Positions 29,011 through 43,245 of a stretch of DNA of 64,000 nucleotides are shown here, piece after piece. The translations under genes were made by a program, and so were the position numbers. This stretch comes from Paramecium tetraurelia (taxonomy: Eukaryota). Within the stretch, counting starts at the first letter, position 1, and the number at the start of each line of letters is the position of its first letter. The notes beneath the pieces were generated by a model. The model was given only the letters and a program-made list of their open reading frames with translations, had not been told where the DNA came from and did no database searches. The DNA lies in the NCBI GenBank assembly GCA_000165425.1, contig CT867996.1:1-64000 (forward strand), written 5' to 3'.

Positions 29011-30746
29011 ATACTATTTTTTCGATATTGATAATAAGGATAGGAATTTGATAGTTGTTAGGGATAAGAATGATATTCGATGACAATAGAAAATTAAGGA
29101 TTGGATTTACAATTTTATGTATTAAGAGGGAATGATAACAGATATTCAACAAATGAGTTATTAAATAAATGGACTATTATGGTTGGCTTTTCTATTCTAT
29201 ATTTTTTCCTTTTTAAAAGAACAAGCTTAAAAGATGCTATAGTACATCGACTTTGAATTTCATTAAGCATAACTGATTTCTTTCAATCTGTTTAGTTCAG
29301 TTTCCTTGAATCTCGTTTTTAAATTTTTATTGCTTAATATCGTACAACACATTTTTGCCATTTCAAAACTGTGGTGTATAAACGAATTCATTACTGATAA
29401 TCAAATAGACTTAAAATAGCAATCAACAATCTGAATTTGATCAATAGCTAAAGAGAGCAAAAATTTTAATTCTATTGGTAAAAATGGATGCTTCTCTCTC
29501 CTTGCTTCTCAAACCATTGCTTAATTTGAAACAGTAAGGTTCGAAATCTATTTTGATGAATAAAATTAAATAAATTAAACAATTCTAATTACTAGAATTA
29601 AAAGGTTTTAATCAACCAGTGAAATGGATCTAGCACATCTTAGAGATCATGAGTGAGAAAAATCCAAATAATATAGATCTATCAAGGTGCTGTATCTACT
29701 CGTAAAATATGATCCACCATAGGAATTGGCTACCCATCTTTGCCTACTGTCATTCGTCAGGGTTGGGAGGCAAATTTTTTGGTTCCTTCATTCCCTAATT
29801 ATCTGACTAAGGTAGATGTCGGATGAGACTGGTTATGTCAGCATCAATCAAATGATTTTGTGGCAAGAGAGTCATGATCTTCTCAGCTAGTGCACAGATT
29901 CCCTAACTTATTAAGAGTTAACTATATTTTTAACATAGTAATTTATTAAAAATGATCATTAGCTTGAGAGAAAATACCCAGATCACTGATAAAATTGAAA
30001 GCCTTGAAAAGTCAAGAACCCATTTAAGATAATTTTTGATTTCATCTTACTTGAACTAATAGTGATGTTTGAAAATAAATAATAATGATCTCAACTACCA
30101 GCAAATAATCATTTCAATATTTTACTTTAACTGTAAACTCTATTCCATGTAAACAATTTCTAATAAGAAAATTAAGCAGAATTTAAATAATAAAATATGT
30201 AATTTTCATGATTAAGAATTAACAAAAAATATAAAATGGGAAACTAACATTATTTTTTAAATTTATCCAATCCTAAGTATTTTATATTAAGAAATTCTTC
30301 ATGAATTTATTATTAAACTATTTCTTAGGTAAATCAACTTATTAGAATTTGAATTTTTAATAGCATTTATGAAATGATAAATTTATGCTAGAACATTGTG
30401 AAAGTAGAACATTCAATAAAAATTAACTGTTTTGAATAAATCTAAATTGAAATTGAGTAATCGAATTTAAGTTGAATATTCTACAAAAAAAGAAATCTTT
30501 GTAGAAATCTTTTTTGGAGTTTGGCCCTAAAATGCTTGGGTTGCGGTTATTTATTTTATGCCTACCATTATTATGACTATTAAAATTAAAGGAAGACTGA
30601 GATTTAAAATGATAAGAAGGATATAATTTTCATTCTACTTTACTTTGTAAATAATTTATTCATGTTTAAGTTTAAATAATTTTTTTTTATGATCACTTAA
30701 TGTATTTTTGTTGATTGAATTATTAAATTGTGAACTTTAATTATTC

Positions 30747-32597
30747 ATGCAACATTTCGAAAATCAAGACTAAAATTCAGAAGACTTTGAGTTGCTAGTT
30801 TGGGAATAAGGAGCTAATCATTTCCTAAGATAGGCCACTTTTACTGTTATATAAAATCAATCTGATTTAATTACTTGCGTTAGGAATGGAATTATTTTTT
30901 AATTTAAAGTATCGGAGATAATATTCTTGTTTAGAAATTAGATTTAGCTGATGGCTCAAGTATCACAAAAAATCTCTTACATATTAAATATTTTAAATGG
31001 GCAGGAAAGGAAGGTAAAGAGAAATAGAAAATTGGCAAATGGGTAGTCTATTGGAAAAATAAAGAATAATAAATAGGAGGGTTTTATGATAATTAAGGTC
31101 GATAATAAGGATTATGGAGATTAAATTATGAAAATTTTTGGGAGTATTGTAATTTACATATCCTAAGTTTGGCTTAAATTGTTTATGCTGGAATTTATGA
31201 AAGTGGAATTCAAACACAAAAATGGGACACTGTTCTTAACAATAATAAAATGTAATTATTTTGGGAAGAATTTTAGTGGAGGAGGATGTTACGATTATAA
31301 AGGTTAAAAGAAAGGAAAATGGACAGAGCTACACTAAAACTTTTTTAAATGCAACCATAGCCATTGTGATGCTACGTATGTAGGATAGTATTTGGAGGGA
31401 AGAAAGTAAGGATTTTGGTAATCTTTTTTCTCAAATAAAATGATGTAATTTATTACTTTAATTATAGTGGGGGAGGTATTTACAATGATGATGGTCAAAA
31501 GAATGGTTTTTGGGTTGAATTAAGTGATTACTTAAATGAGTATTGAATAAAATTATTGATAGTCTTAATTAGATTATTTATATGGGTACATATAACGATG
31601 GTCTACCAATTGGAATATGGGAGGTTTTACTAATTTACGATAAAAAGCATACATAAATGTAAAAATATCAATACTATACAAAATCAAGTGGTGGAGGTGC
31701 TTATAATGATGAAGGAAAAAAGAATGGTAGATGGGTTGATTTGTGTAGGGATTGGTTAAAGTAATTATAAATTCCGATGGATAGTGGAAACAAGGAAATC
31801 ACTTTGGTTGGCGAGTATAAAAACGGAAAAAAAATTGGGTTATGGAATACTTTTAATTGGTATAACCAATCCATGTAACATTTAAATTTGAAGATTAAAG
31901 TGGTGGTGGAGAATTTGAAGATGGAATTAAGAAAGGATAATGGGTTGAGTTGCATGATAATTGGCATCAAAAGTTCTTTTTCATTTAAATGTAGATGGCC
32001 TTAAATATCATATAAAGGTATTTATTAAAATGGAAAAAAAAATGGAAGATGGGATACTTATGACAATTACAATGCAAAAGAGAAACTTATGTTAAATTCT
32101 TATTATTATTTAAGTGGTGGTGGATAGTTTAAAGGTGGAATAAAAAATGGAAACTGGATAGATGTACATGATGAATGGATTCCAAAGTAATAATAAATTA
32201 AATTGGTAGTTGGAGAGAAATTACTTATCATGGTGAATATTGTATGGGCAAAAAGCTTGGTACATGGAAAACTTTTGAGTAACAAGATAGATTAATGTAA
32301 TAATTTAATATCATAAATTTAAAGAGGAGGAGGAGCATTTAATGAAAATGGAGCAAAGAATGGTTAATGGATTGATGCTGATGAAAGATGGAATTTTTAG
32401 TATTCAATTTATTATCAATCAATAGAAGTTCTGAGGTTATATATGAAGGTGAATATAGGAATAATAAAAAAATTGGAGAATGGAAGAAAATAGATATATT
32501 AAATGGTAAAAATAGTAGTCTGTATTTAATTAAAATTAACATTAGTGATTGCGAATATTATAATGAAGATGGACCGTTGATTGAATCTAAATTATGA
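30747..32597 (+). CDS. MORN-variant (YwqK-like) beta-hairpin repeat protein with 14 short introns
   Basis: Repeats of GGGxYxxxGxKxGxWxEL and YxGxYxxGxKxGxW. Introns at 30909-30934, 31144-31167, 31252-31276, 31445-31467, 31540-31562, 31659-31688, 31761-31784, 31875-31900, 31973-31994, 32091-32114, 32187-32209, 32297-32324, 32400-32425 and 32522-32545. Confidence 0.85.
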
Positions 32598-32905
32598 TAA
32601 GAGAGCTTGAGAAATATAAGTTAATAAATATAAAGAGTATAATTATTTAAAATTCGTGAGGTAAAAATCTTTAATATTATCAAAACTGTTTTTGATTATT
32701 CTAAATTACCTAAACTAAATAAAAAATACATTAAATTATTAATTAGATGAAATTTATGAAACATAATCATTTTTTTAGAATAAATGAAAAAGAAGATTAA
32801 TAATCCAAATCGTATAAGATTAAAAAAGCCGAAGACTAACATTTTGATTAATTTATTCTTATAACTATAGCCTGAAATGAAAACTTTATTTTTCATTTCC
32901 TTTTT

Positions 32906-34072
32906 TCATTTAAGCTGGATGCTGGAAAATTAGATAATAACTTAATCTCTGTAGTTTACTTATAACATCTAAATAGGAAAGTTAAACATACATTGCTTTA
33001 AAGATAAAGGAATCAAATGTGTTTGAATGATAAGTTTTAGATTTTATCCAATGGCTGAAAATCTTTTGAGACTCCAAGGCTTAATCAAATAAATGTATAT
33101 TTAAATTTTCACTTCTACAGTTTGATTCCTCTACTTTTTCTAGATTTAAGTTTTTCATAGAAATTTTTTCATTCAAAACATTTGATAGAAAGTAATCAAT
33201 ATGCTATTAATATTCATCTCCTAGAATTAATTTGAATTAGTTTATTATATTTTTAGCATGTTCCTTTTCTTTTAGTAAAACTTTCTTCAAGTTGTCTTTA
33301 TATTAACTTATCAAATCATAATGAATTGCATTCGAAAGATTTAATTATAAAATTACCTTGTTCCTACTTAAAACAATCATAGGATGGCTAGGGTACTCTT
33401 TAAAATGTTCCTTTACCGCTTTTAAAGAATATAAAAGATTAACAAAGTTTTACAAATCCTCATAAACATAATATTCAATTTATTGTAATTCACTCTAATA
33501 CTCTGTCTTATTCTCAATCTGATAAACTATATTTTTTTCTGTTGGGTTAGTACTCGTTTATTGAACAATTTAGCTTGATTCAGAATCAACAGCTTTCTTT
33601 CCTTCAACACCATTAAAAATATTATTCAGAATTAAAGTACATTGCTTCTATTCATTGAAATTTATAAATTATTCTAATTTTGAATTCATTTTTACAATTA
33701 ATGCTTGATTTATTTACATAATTTCATTATTGAAAGATGATTCATTATTACCCTATATTTTTTCATTTTATATTAGTTTGTCAAGCTCTTTAAGGAAACT
33801 ATAATCCTTATTCAATTATCTTATTTAATTAAAACTTTTTATCCATTCTTTATAATTTTCAATTAATTTATTTTTTTCTATATTAACATAATATTTTTAA
33901 TAATCAATATTCTACTACAATTATTTTACTTATTTTATATTTTTTTATTTTTTATTTTTTAATATTTCTAAATTACTTATTATATTTTTTTCAATCAATT
34001 ATTATTCTTTTTTTAAATATAACATTTTATTTATATTATTAAATTTTTTTATATATTTTTTATATAATATTT
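32906..34072 (-). pseudogene. Partial or disrupted hypothetical coding region running into the assembly gap
   Basis: About 180 codons are open from 33719 to 33173 in the ciliate code. Flanking coding-like sequence lies in other frames, and the 5' part is low-complexity next to the gap. Confidence 0.25.
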
Positions 34073-34489
34073 NNNNNNNNNNNNNNNNNNNNNNNNNNNN
34101 NNNNNNNNNNNNNNNNNNNNNNNNNNNNNNNNNNNNNNNNNNNNNNNNNNNNNNNNNNNNNNNNNNNNNNNNNNNNNNNNNNNNNNNNNNNNNNNNNNNN
34201 NNNNNNNNNNNNNNNNNNNNNNNNNNNNNNNNNNNNNNNNNNNNNNNNNNNNNNNNNNNNNNNNNNNNNNNNNNNNNNNNNNNNNNNNNNNNNNNNNNNN
34301 NNNNNNNNNNNNNNNNNNNNNNNNNNNNNNNNNNNNNNNNNNNNNNNNNNNNNNNNNNNNNNNNNNNNNNNNNNNNNNNNNNNNNNNNNNNNNNNNNNNN
34401 NNNNNNNNNNNNNNNNNNNNNNNNNNNNNNNNNNNNNNNNNNNNNNNNNNNNNNNNNNNNNNNNNNNNNNNNNNNNNNNNNNNNNNNNN
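34073..34489. other. Assembly gap (N run)
   Basis: Run of N. Confidence 1.
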
Positions 34490-34836
34490 GTTTTTAAATT
34501 ATTATTATTAGCAACAAATATTAGTTCTTTTTATTTTTTCAATCATTTTTTGGTTTCATTTTTTCCGTTAATCACATTTTTGTTAAGAATTTTAATTTAA
34601 ATAATTAAACCACGGAAGATCCCATTTTTAAGCATTTTCATCATATAAAAAAAAAGAATGAATGATTGATGGAATTATACGGGTGAATATTCAAAAATAA
34701 ATATTGAATATTTAATGCTCAATATTGATGTGGAATATGAAAAATTGGAATTAATATAAGTTCAAGAAAAAAATAAAAAAAATGTGATAATAAAAAATTC
34801 CTTAAATGTTAAACATTATCTATCAATTTAAAAATA

Positions 34837-36516
34837 TCAATATTATTCTTAAAATTCTCTAATTTAAATCTCATTTAAAGAAGGATCATATATTATGAGA
34901 ATCTCTCCATTATCACTAATACTTCCATTTAGATTTCCATCTCTAAGTTCTATTGATTATGCTAAATTGCACTCATAATTTTAAAAATCTGACGAAAAAG
35001 AAAATTTTAAGATATTTATAGCACTTCCATTAATACTTAATAATAAATTCTTAAATGCAACAAAGATCCCAATTTAATAATAGGATACTTCTTCTTTTTT
35101 AATTGTTCCCTTATAAATAATTTCACTAGTTTTTATATATTGTTTTATGTTGGAGTCAAATGAGTAGAGGGATACCGCTTAGGATTATTTTTAATAGAAG
35201 CTAAACGTGAAGTTGTTTATGTAACAAACTCCAGTTCCAATTATTTGTATTTTTTATTTTAATATCCAAATAGAATTAATCAATTCATATATTGTGATAT
35301 TCCAGTGACTAGAAACTATTAATTGATTTCCAACAGGATTAATAGATAAACCGGTAATACATTCACTAGAAATCTAAATTTATTATTCAGAAGTCCAAGA
35401 TTATTTAGCAAATTAATAAAAATAGATAGAATAGCTTCGAGAGAAGAAGAATTCATTTTCAGCAAAGTTCAGTTACAAAAATTAAATCTAGGAAGTTGCT
35501 GCTTTCCTAACAATTTCATATTCATATTTTACTCTAAAAATTGGATTCCAGTTAGTTTTATTAAAAAAATTGGTATACTTTGACCAGATTGTAATAAGTT
35601 AATCTTCAGATGTTGAGATTAATGAGTTTAACATTGTTGTTTTCTTTTTGAAGAAAACGAGATTTTGTACTCTCTAAGTTCCCTTTTCTCTAAGGATTGC
35701 CAATTAATTTACATTTTACTTTTACTTTTGTAAATAAAATTAGATCTCCATAATTTTGATGCCATCATCTTAACCAATAGCAAATAAAGAATTGTCATGA
35801 TTGATTGCCAAAGAATAACATTTGACTTTTTCATTTAATTAAAATTTCGTTTTAAACTCATAAGAAAAAGGTTTTTTGTTACCAATAATTGTTCTAGGTA
35901 ATTGTTAAAAAGTGTGTTCAGGTTTGTTTTTTGTATCTTCCTGCCTAACCAACATTACCTTCTTGCCAATCAATTAATTCAAAATTATTTATATTTTATT
36001 TTTTTCTTCATAGTACTCAAATTTAATCAAGCTACTAATTGTTTCACTACACCACTTTTCATTGATTTTTTTTAGATCTATAGGTTCAAAATCTAATTCT
36101 CCTGAATTTTTAATTAAGCTATTCAAACAATCAAAAAAACTATAATTTGCCATCTCTTTTCCAATATCTTTCAGTCGATTTATGAAATTATTCACTCTAT
36201 TTTCGAAATCATCCAACTCTTAAATTATTGTTTTTCTTAGTTAATAAATAGTTCCACTTATTCTTGTTAATTATTGTAATTAAGGGATAAGTTCATTCTC
36301 ATATTCTTTTAACCTCTATTTTAAAGGTTTTTCTATTATTTTTAATACTCCCTATATTGGTTTTAAGTCTTACTCAATCTAATCTATGCATTCTTTGCAA
36401 TATAATCTCTAGTTTGGAAGTAGGTTTGCCTGCAGACTTATTAAACTGACAGGCTGATTGTGTTTAAATTTACAAGAATAATCTTAAAAATTCTCCTTAC
36501 TTTTTACAGTGAACAT
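34837..36516 (-). CDS. Zn-finger-like / coiled-coil / divergent WD40 beta-propeller protein, 559 aa, intronless
   Basis: 1680 nt, ATG to TGA. N-terminus CKFKHNQPV..QRLYCKEC. WD-like blades include CYSLAINHDNSLFAIG, LISTSEDQLITIWS, GLSINPVGNQLIVSS and GSISDNGEILIIYD. Confidence 0.85.
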
Positions 36517-38782
36517 ATATATCGTTACTATCTATTATTAATATAAAGAAATTTGTATAATATAATTTAATTTGTTTTTTGATCAAATTTATTCAATAAT
36601 TGATTGATCCACTCTTCTCATTATTGGTGTCATTTTCTGAATACTTATAAAGCTAAAACTTTATTACCATCTAATCACTTATAATTTGTAATTTCGAATT
36701 TAGAAATAAATTTTGATTTAATCATTTAAACCAATAAAGTTAACCCACCGATTATGATTTAAATAATATTTAGATCATAAATTCATTTATTGATTCATTT
36801 GTTCAAGACTCGAAAAACAAAGTGATTAGAATATCAACATCCAAAAGAACAATCAATTTTTCATAAAATGAGCAATTATTACAATCTTGTTGACATCACA
36901 CACTTAGAACCAATAGATCATTGACCAAAAAAAAATATAGCTAAATGGAATAATAAAAGTAAGTTGTAATCGAATAAAAGATAAAAAATGATAAGAGTTA
37001 TCAAATTTAAGCACTTCTAATTGATGATGTAAATTTAGAAGATGTTAAGATGACCAAATTTATTCAAAATCCAGTAAATGATGGAGCCGTAATAATTTAG
37101 GATTTCATAAAGGCATATATACTATTAAAAACAAATCAATTAAAGACATTCATTTTAAATAATAATAGAAGAACTTGAATTCTATGAATTAACATAACTT
37201 TAATTCTAAGAACTTGTGCTAGAATTCGATTAAAATATAATTGATGTTTGATTTTTGATATTCTTCATAATTTAATAAAGCCCATGTTTGTAGTTTTCTG
37301 AAAATTTTAAATGACCTACTTCTATACATCAGCGTATTTCAACCTACTTCAGCCAACTATCATAATATTATTTTGTATTTTTTTAACACTCACATTTCTA
37401 AGAATCTATTCTTTCAAATAAGAAAAATGTACTATATATGTTGTCTTGTTTTCTATGAAATATCATATTACTTATATTGGATTTTTGGATAGGGGTTGCT
37501 TTTTATTCAGCTAATATGAAATTACAGAATCCTTTAGTTTAATTAAGCCAAATCATGATAAGATACCTAGTTTAGCTCTATCCAAATTCATTCTAACTTA
37601 CGGCAATTAGAAAATAAAAGATTTGTATTAGTTCATAAGTAAATGCACTTTACTTTTTTTTGATTAGTTATTCTTTTAATTGCATTATTTTCAATTTATT
37701 CTAACTCTCCAATAATCTTTATAATTTACACATCTCAGGAACAATATTAATCTCTGAAAACTAAAACATTGTATAAATTTCAAATTACTTAGCACTATGA
37801 ATTAATAGTCAATTGTTCACTTACTAAAATCTATCCTTTTATTGAATTCAAATGTTAAATTAAAAAACTCATTGTTTAATTATTAGATTTGCATAGTCAA
37901 GTAAATTAGTAAATTGTAATTCTAAACAATTGGATTAAATATTTGAGTTTTAGGTATGTTAAGTTTTCCTCAAATAATAAATTTTTCTAAAAATTTAGAA
38001 TTATTCTTATAATACTCTGTACAACAATAGTTAGGAAGATTTAGAGGTTTTTTGTTAGAATATTTAAAATATATTAGTTATACTTAACAGGAAGGTCTTC
38101 TATTTGTGCAAACATTTTAAAATGCTCAATTTATCTTATTCATGATTTGAAATATTAATAAAGTAGAACTGTAGGTGTGAAGGCGAAATTTATGGTCAAC
38201 AACTTGAAATTATTATCAATTTTTTAAATATTAAGCAATTATCAATTTTAATTATCATTATGATTATAAAGTATAAAATAATCATATTATAAGTGTAAAA
38301 TTAATTTATCTTAATTAAATGCATTATATTTTGTTTATATGATTTAAACAAATAAAACATTATAATAGATTCAATTGTAATTCATAGCCAAATTACCTTA
38401 AACTTTTTAAAAGTAATTTTTACTTTCAAATATCTTACCAGTAGCATCGGAATAAAGATAATTGTGTGTGAGTCAATATATATGTTGTGGTATCAATTTT
38501 CGTTTGTTTGTTCACTTATAATCATCCTGTTATTTATATATTGATATGATCTACTTTGAGCATCAGCAAGTAAATATTTGTTGATGACCTCCAAAATCGT
38601 AATACTTTTTGTTTATTCAATAAATTAGAACAGATTACATTTTCTTTCTGAAATTGGCATTAACTACTTGAAAGATAAAGGAAATGATGAATAAAATTTG
38701 TTTCAAATTAACATAAAGAATTTGGTTTAGTGTAAATAAATTTACAATTATTAATTAAGGCAAATGGATATTTATAGAATAT

Positions 38783-41063
38783 TCAAATGATTACATATGC
38801 AACCTTCTCTATAAATCTTTTAGAATAATCGTCTGGATTTTGGGCAGAAGTGTCTAAAGCAATATTTACATGAATGGCCTTTTTAGTGTGCTTTTCAATG
38901 ATCTTTTAAGCGTTCCATTCTTGGAGATAATCAATAATAGCAATATGATAGTAAATTCCATTTTCAGTTGCATTTATACTATGAATACATTACAAATCAG
39001 ATGAGAAATAATTGGGAATCTTATATATATATATTTATTACGTCTTCTTCTTTAATATGATGGTTATTTTAGCTATAAGTATACCAATCCATTTTAATAA
39101 TCAATAGTGAATAATCCATTAATTTGATTTTACTAAAAAATTGAGCATCATGAACCAAACATACTCTCAATCTCTCTCTATATTATTAAGGTATATGCAA
39201 TTATTATTCTAAATTTTGAAAATCAATATCTTTTAATGTAATTTTCCTTAACTCAGCATCATTATACTTAACATTTTTCTTTAAGACTTATCTTGAGTGT
39301 TCAGATCCTTTTATATCGTATGTTCTGATTCTGTACATTGATGGTATTTACATAGCATTTCTCATTACTACTACATTAATAGACTCTTAGACCTAAATTA
39401 TTGATAAACATATACATTTTATCTGAATAATTTGTAAATGCCATAAATGGGTGAAATAGCTGTTTCATTTTCACTTAAATGAAAAAAGTAAGGAATGAGA
39501 TTTTTTCGTATAACCATTAATTCTTAATCCGATAAAGTTTTGATAATTAATTTATTGTCATGAGTGAAAAAGAAGAAGGCTCCTCCCTTGCCTCCATCTG
39601 GCCCTTTGAATTATTTTATTTAGTCTTAATTGGCAATTAAGTCAAATGATTTGAAATGATTAATCATTTTGGCGTCCTTCTCTCTTATCTTATGAAATAT
39701 TGTTGGTGAATAGACAGTCATAGTTGATGGTAACAATTTTAAGTCTAATGACTTTTCATTATTGGTTCCTTTGCTATCAATTCCGTAGATGATTTCTTCA
39801 AGAAAATCATCAGTGGTCAAATTATAATCAGACTTCAACCTCGTAATATCATTGCTCAATATTGAATCATTGCAATATCTGGAATCTGTTTATCTCCTAA
39901 CAAGATAAATTTAATCAAATTCACAAACAGATGTTTCTGAGGACGTGTCCTTTTTGCAAACAGATCTTATGCCAAAAATTATTGTGTTGACTTAATCAAA
40001 TTTAAGATTTTAATGGATCGTATCATAAAAGTTAGAATCATCATGCACTAATTAATACTTTATATGCTTACATAATTCACTTTAGACATTGTCTCTTCTC
40101 CAAACTTTCCTCCACAATCTTTTAACTTGATCCTTAATTGTTGGTTCATTGTATCTTAAAATGGATAAAACAACTGGGGTACACAATTTAGCTGAATTAC
40201 CTATCGTTATAAATATCAGTAAAATTCCCTTATGAAAATATGAACAGTTGAATCCTGCAAGAGTAAATGATATTGCCTAGGATGTCCAGATTAAGCAAGA
40301 GCCTTTGATATAACGATAATAATATTTTCCAAATGTTTCTCTTATTTCTTTGTATTTCTCATCATCTGGAATGGCTTTATTAAAGTACCATATTGTATAT
40401 AACGAAATAAGAGTATAAAATAAGACCAGCATTATACCAGCCAAAGGAAATCCTGGGTGATACTTAAAACTGCAAGTACCAAATATTGAAAGACCATTAT
40501 TATGAGTAAATTTAGCTATGATTGGGATTGATATCATTGCTGTCCATGCCAAAGAATGCAAAATAATGGGTAATTTTGGTATTACTTTGAATTGATTTTT
40601 AAGGGTTAATCGAATGTAAATGCAAAATACCACATTATAAGATACTTCTCCTGTTCCTGCAAATATACTAAACATTGAATTTGTTTAACAAAATGGACCT
40701 GAACTTAAAGGACTTTCGCCATATACAGTGTAATAGCATGCAGTCACAAACCAATGTATACACAATATTGCATCAGATAAAGATATAAAGAATACTATAT
40801 CTCCTGGCATTTTCCTTGTATTTGGATACTTGAGAAAACTATAAGTGATGAACATTGTGCACATAAATGCTAAAGGCGCTAATTGATGATAACATTCTTC
40901 AAATACAAACTATCAAAAATATGTATTGATCTAATGGTTGCATTTTAATCTTTTCAGACAGTTCATCATCAGTCAAATCCTCATAACAATAAAATACATC
41001 AGCATCACTATAAATTCCTAAAGCTTAGCTTAAAAATAGGAAGTAGATTATCGCTTTTATCAT
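38783..41063 (-). CDS. GPCR-PIP kinase fusion (RpkA / GPCR-PIPK type), about 735 aa
   Basis: Introns 40879-40906, 39393-39415 and 39020-39041; spliced length 2208 nt. A signal-peptide-like N-terminus precedes a multi-TM region (PGDIVFFISLSD, FCQ, GLSIFGTC). PIPK motifs are GGKGGAFFFFTHDNKLIIKT, YDIKGS, MDYSLL and IIDYLQ. Confidence 0.93.
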
Positions 41064-41688
41064 ATATATAATTATAAAAAAAAATTCGAATCGAAATTAG
41101 CTTACCAAATTTGAGGAGTACTTTGCAATTCCAACAAATACATATTTTCGTCATTATTTAACCTATAATTTATTCAAAAAATATGGAACATATATTTTTT
41201 GGTTACATACTTTCTACTTTTGTTTTAATTGATCTTTACTTCATCCTAAATTTATATGTGCTTTCTCGATTAGATTTCAGAAATATATTATATCAGTTAA
41301 TTTAGTTAATATTTTAAAACTCTTTATAAGAATTGATTTTATTAATCAAAAACATCAATCACTTTTTTAAATTGAGGGACATACATATTTATCAGTTTCA
41401 CGTTCAATCAAACCAACATTAATTCCTCTTGACCTTTGTAACATAATAAATACAAATGTAAAAATGATATCTTCAAAAATGTGTAAATTGATCTCTACCT
41501 TTTGTATCTGGGAAACTAGGCTAAAATAAAAGATTAACATATAAAATAATTGCATTTAACATAAATATATTCGAAACGGAGGAGAGGATAATTGAAAAAT
41601 ATCAACTCATATAATTGATTATTGAATTAATTCTTTATAAATATGGAGAGAAATGAGAGATGTTGTTTTAAAGATTAACAAAATGCTA

Positions 41689-43245
41689 TCAATAACAAAA
41701 TTTCAATATCTGTAATACCTAATTATGCAAATTGTTCACCGCTATTGAACTTGATTCTTATGATATAGAAAGTATTTTATAGTTCCCCTTTATTGAGTCT
41801 TACTTTACTAGTTAATCTTTATCGTCAATTTAGCAAATTTCTAAGCAGTTATCTTATTCTTACACTATCACGATGTTAGGTATGCTTAAATGACATAGTC
41901 TACCAACAATGTGCAATTTATCTAATTTTTAGATATTAATGAAATTGCCATTTTTGTTTTATTTCCAATTTTTAATTTCCAATCCTCCGCTAATAAATTA
42001 ATTTGATTTCACCCAACTGACGCTATAAATCCTATCACTATGAGCTTTCTTAATTGGATCACATAAAGGCACCCAAATTAATTAATTTGGCTTAGTTACT
42101 TGTTACTTCCATATAAATATGTCCTTATTATGAGTGCATACTACAATATTCATCGTAAATTGATGACAACTCAAATCCTATACAGGCCAAAAGAAATCTT
42201 CTAAGACAGAATGTTCTGACCACGTTTCATTTTCTTGATCTTTGATGTAGATTATTATCTTGGGAGTTGGTTACGCACATATTAAAAATTATTTCTTTTC
42301 AACTGACACCATACATGGACTCCACCCTTCATCTTATTTAGTTCCATTAATGATTTGTTTTAATACAAATGATTTATCTGTTTAATAGATCAAAATATTG
42401 TTTGATGCACTTCTTACAAAAAGTTACTGTTAGTTCATTCCTAAACTAATTACATCATTTCTTATAGTTTGTAATTTTTTCAATGAGCCTTAGGCTTCCA
42501 TCTTATAAATATCTGTTACCTCTTCATTTTTATTTGTTATATACAACACCTTATCGTTGAAAACACAAGTATCATAAAGTTAATCTAGTTAATTAATGAC
42601 CTGTAATTTACACAGTTCCGAGGTTTTGAAAAAATTTTCATTTTTAGCCAAAGTATGTTCTATTACACACTCCTTCGTATATGTTACGAGATACTCACTT
42701 AATGATTAAAGTTGAATCTTTAGGTTTACTTGTAATTATTCTACTTCTTTCGATAACTACTAATTTATAAGTTCTATTGATTTGATTGTTTATTGAATAA
42801 CTTTTGAAAATTATGAAGCTGCGTACATATTATCATTAGAACTCAAAACAACCGTTTAAGCAATATTTTACAACTTCGATAAAGTTAATTAGTCCTCTTC
42901 TTCAACTTAGAACTCATTTTATTTCTCTATTAGGTTAATTAAAATATTATTATTTTAGTTTTCTATTATTTAAAGCAATTCACTCGTTTTCTTTTTAAAT
43001 AATTCTTAAATATTGGAGATTCTTTTCTTTAATTCTTTTTAAGATAAGATTTAAATATTTTATAGAGATCTGATTTCCTCAACTCCTGATTAATTAATTT
43101 CTTTGAATTTCTGTAAAACTCTAGAAATATTTTCTCTACTTTTTGATGGACATTCAATACAAACTGCTCTTTCACCAAGTGGTGTATTAACGTCGATATC
43201 AATTTGTATAATTAGTTTGTTATGTAAGGGGCAGTTAATATTCAT
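41689..43245 (-). CDS. Zn-finger-like / coiled-coil / divergent WD40 protein, 518 aa, intronless
   Basis: 1557 nt, ATG to TGA. N-terminus MNINCPLHNKLIIQIDID..ERAVCIEC, a Q/E/K-rich helical middle, then WD-like blades such as HSDRIYSVSW..QFISGGLEIKNWK. Confidence 0.8.

Noticed and set aside
29650..29910. Higher-GC coding-like patch
   Set aside because: Interrupted by TGA stops in the frames I examined, with no recognisable motif.
33860..34072. Almost pure A/T stretch next to the gap, considered as a structural element
   Set aside because: It abuts an assembly gap, may be low-quality read end, and has no defined repeat unit.
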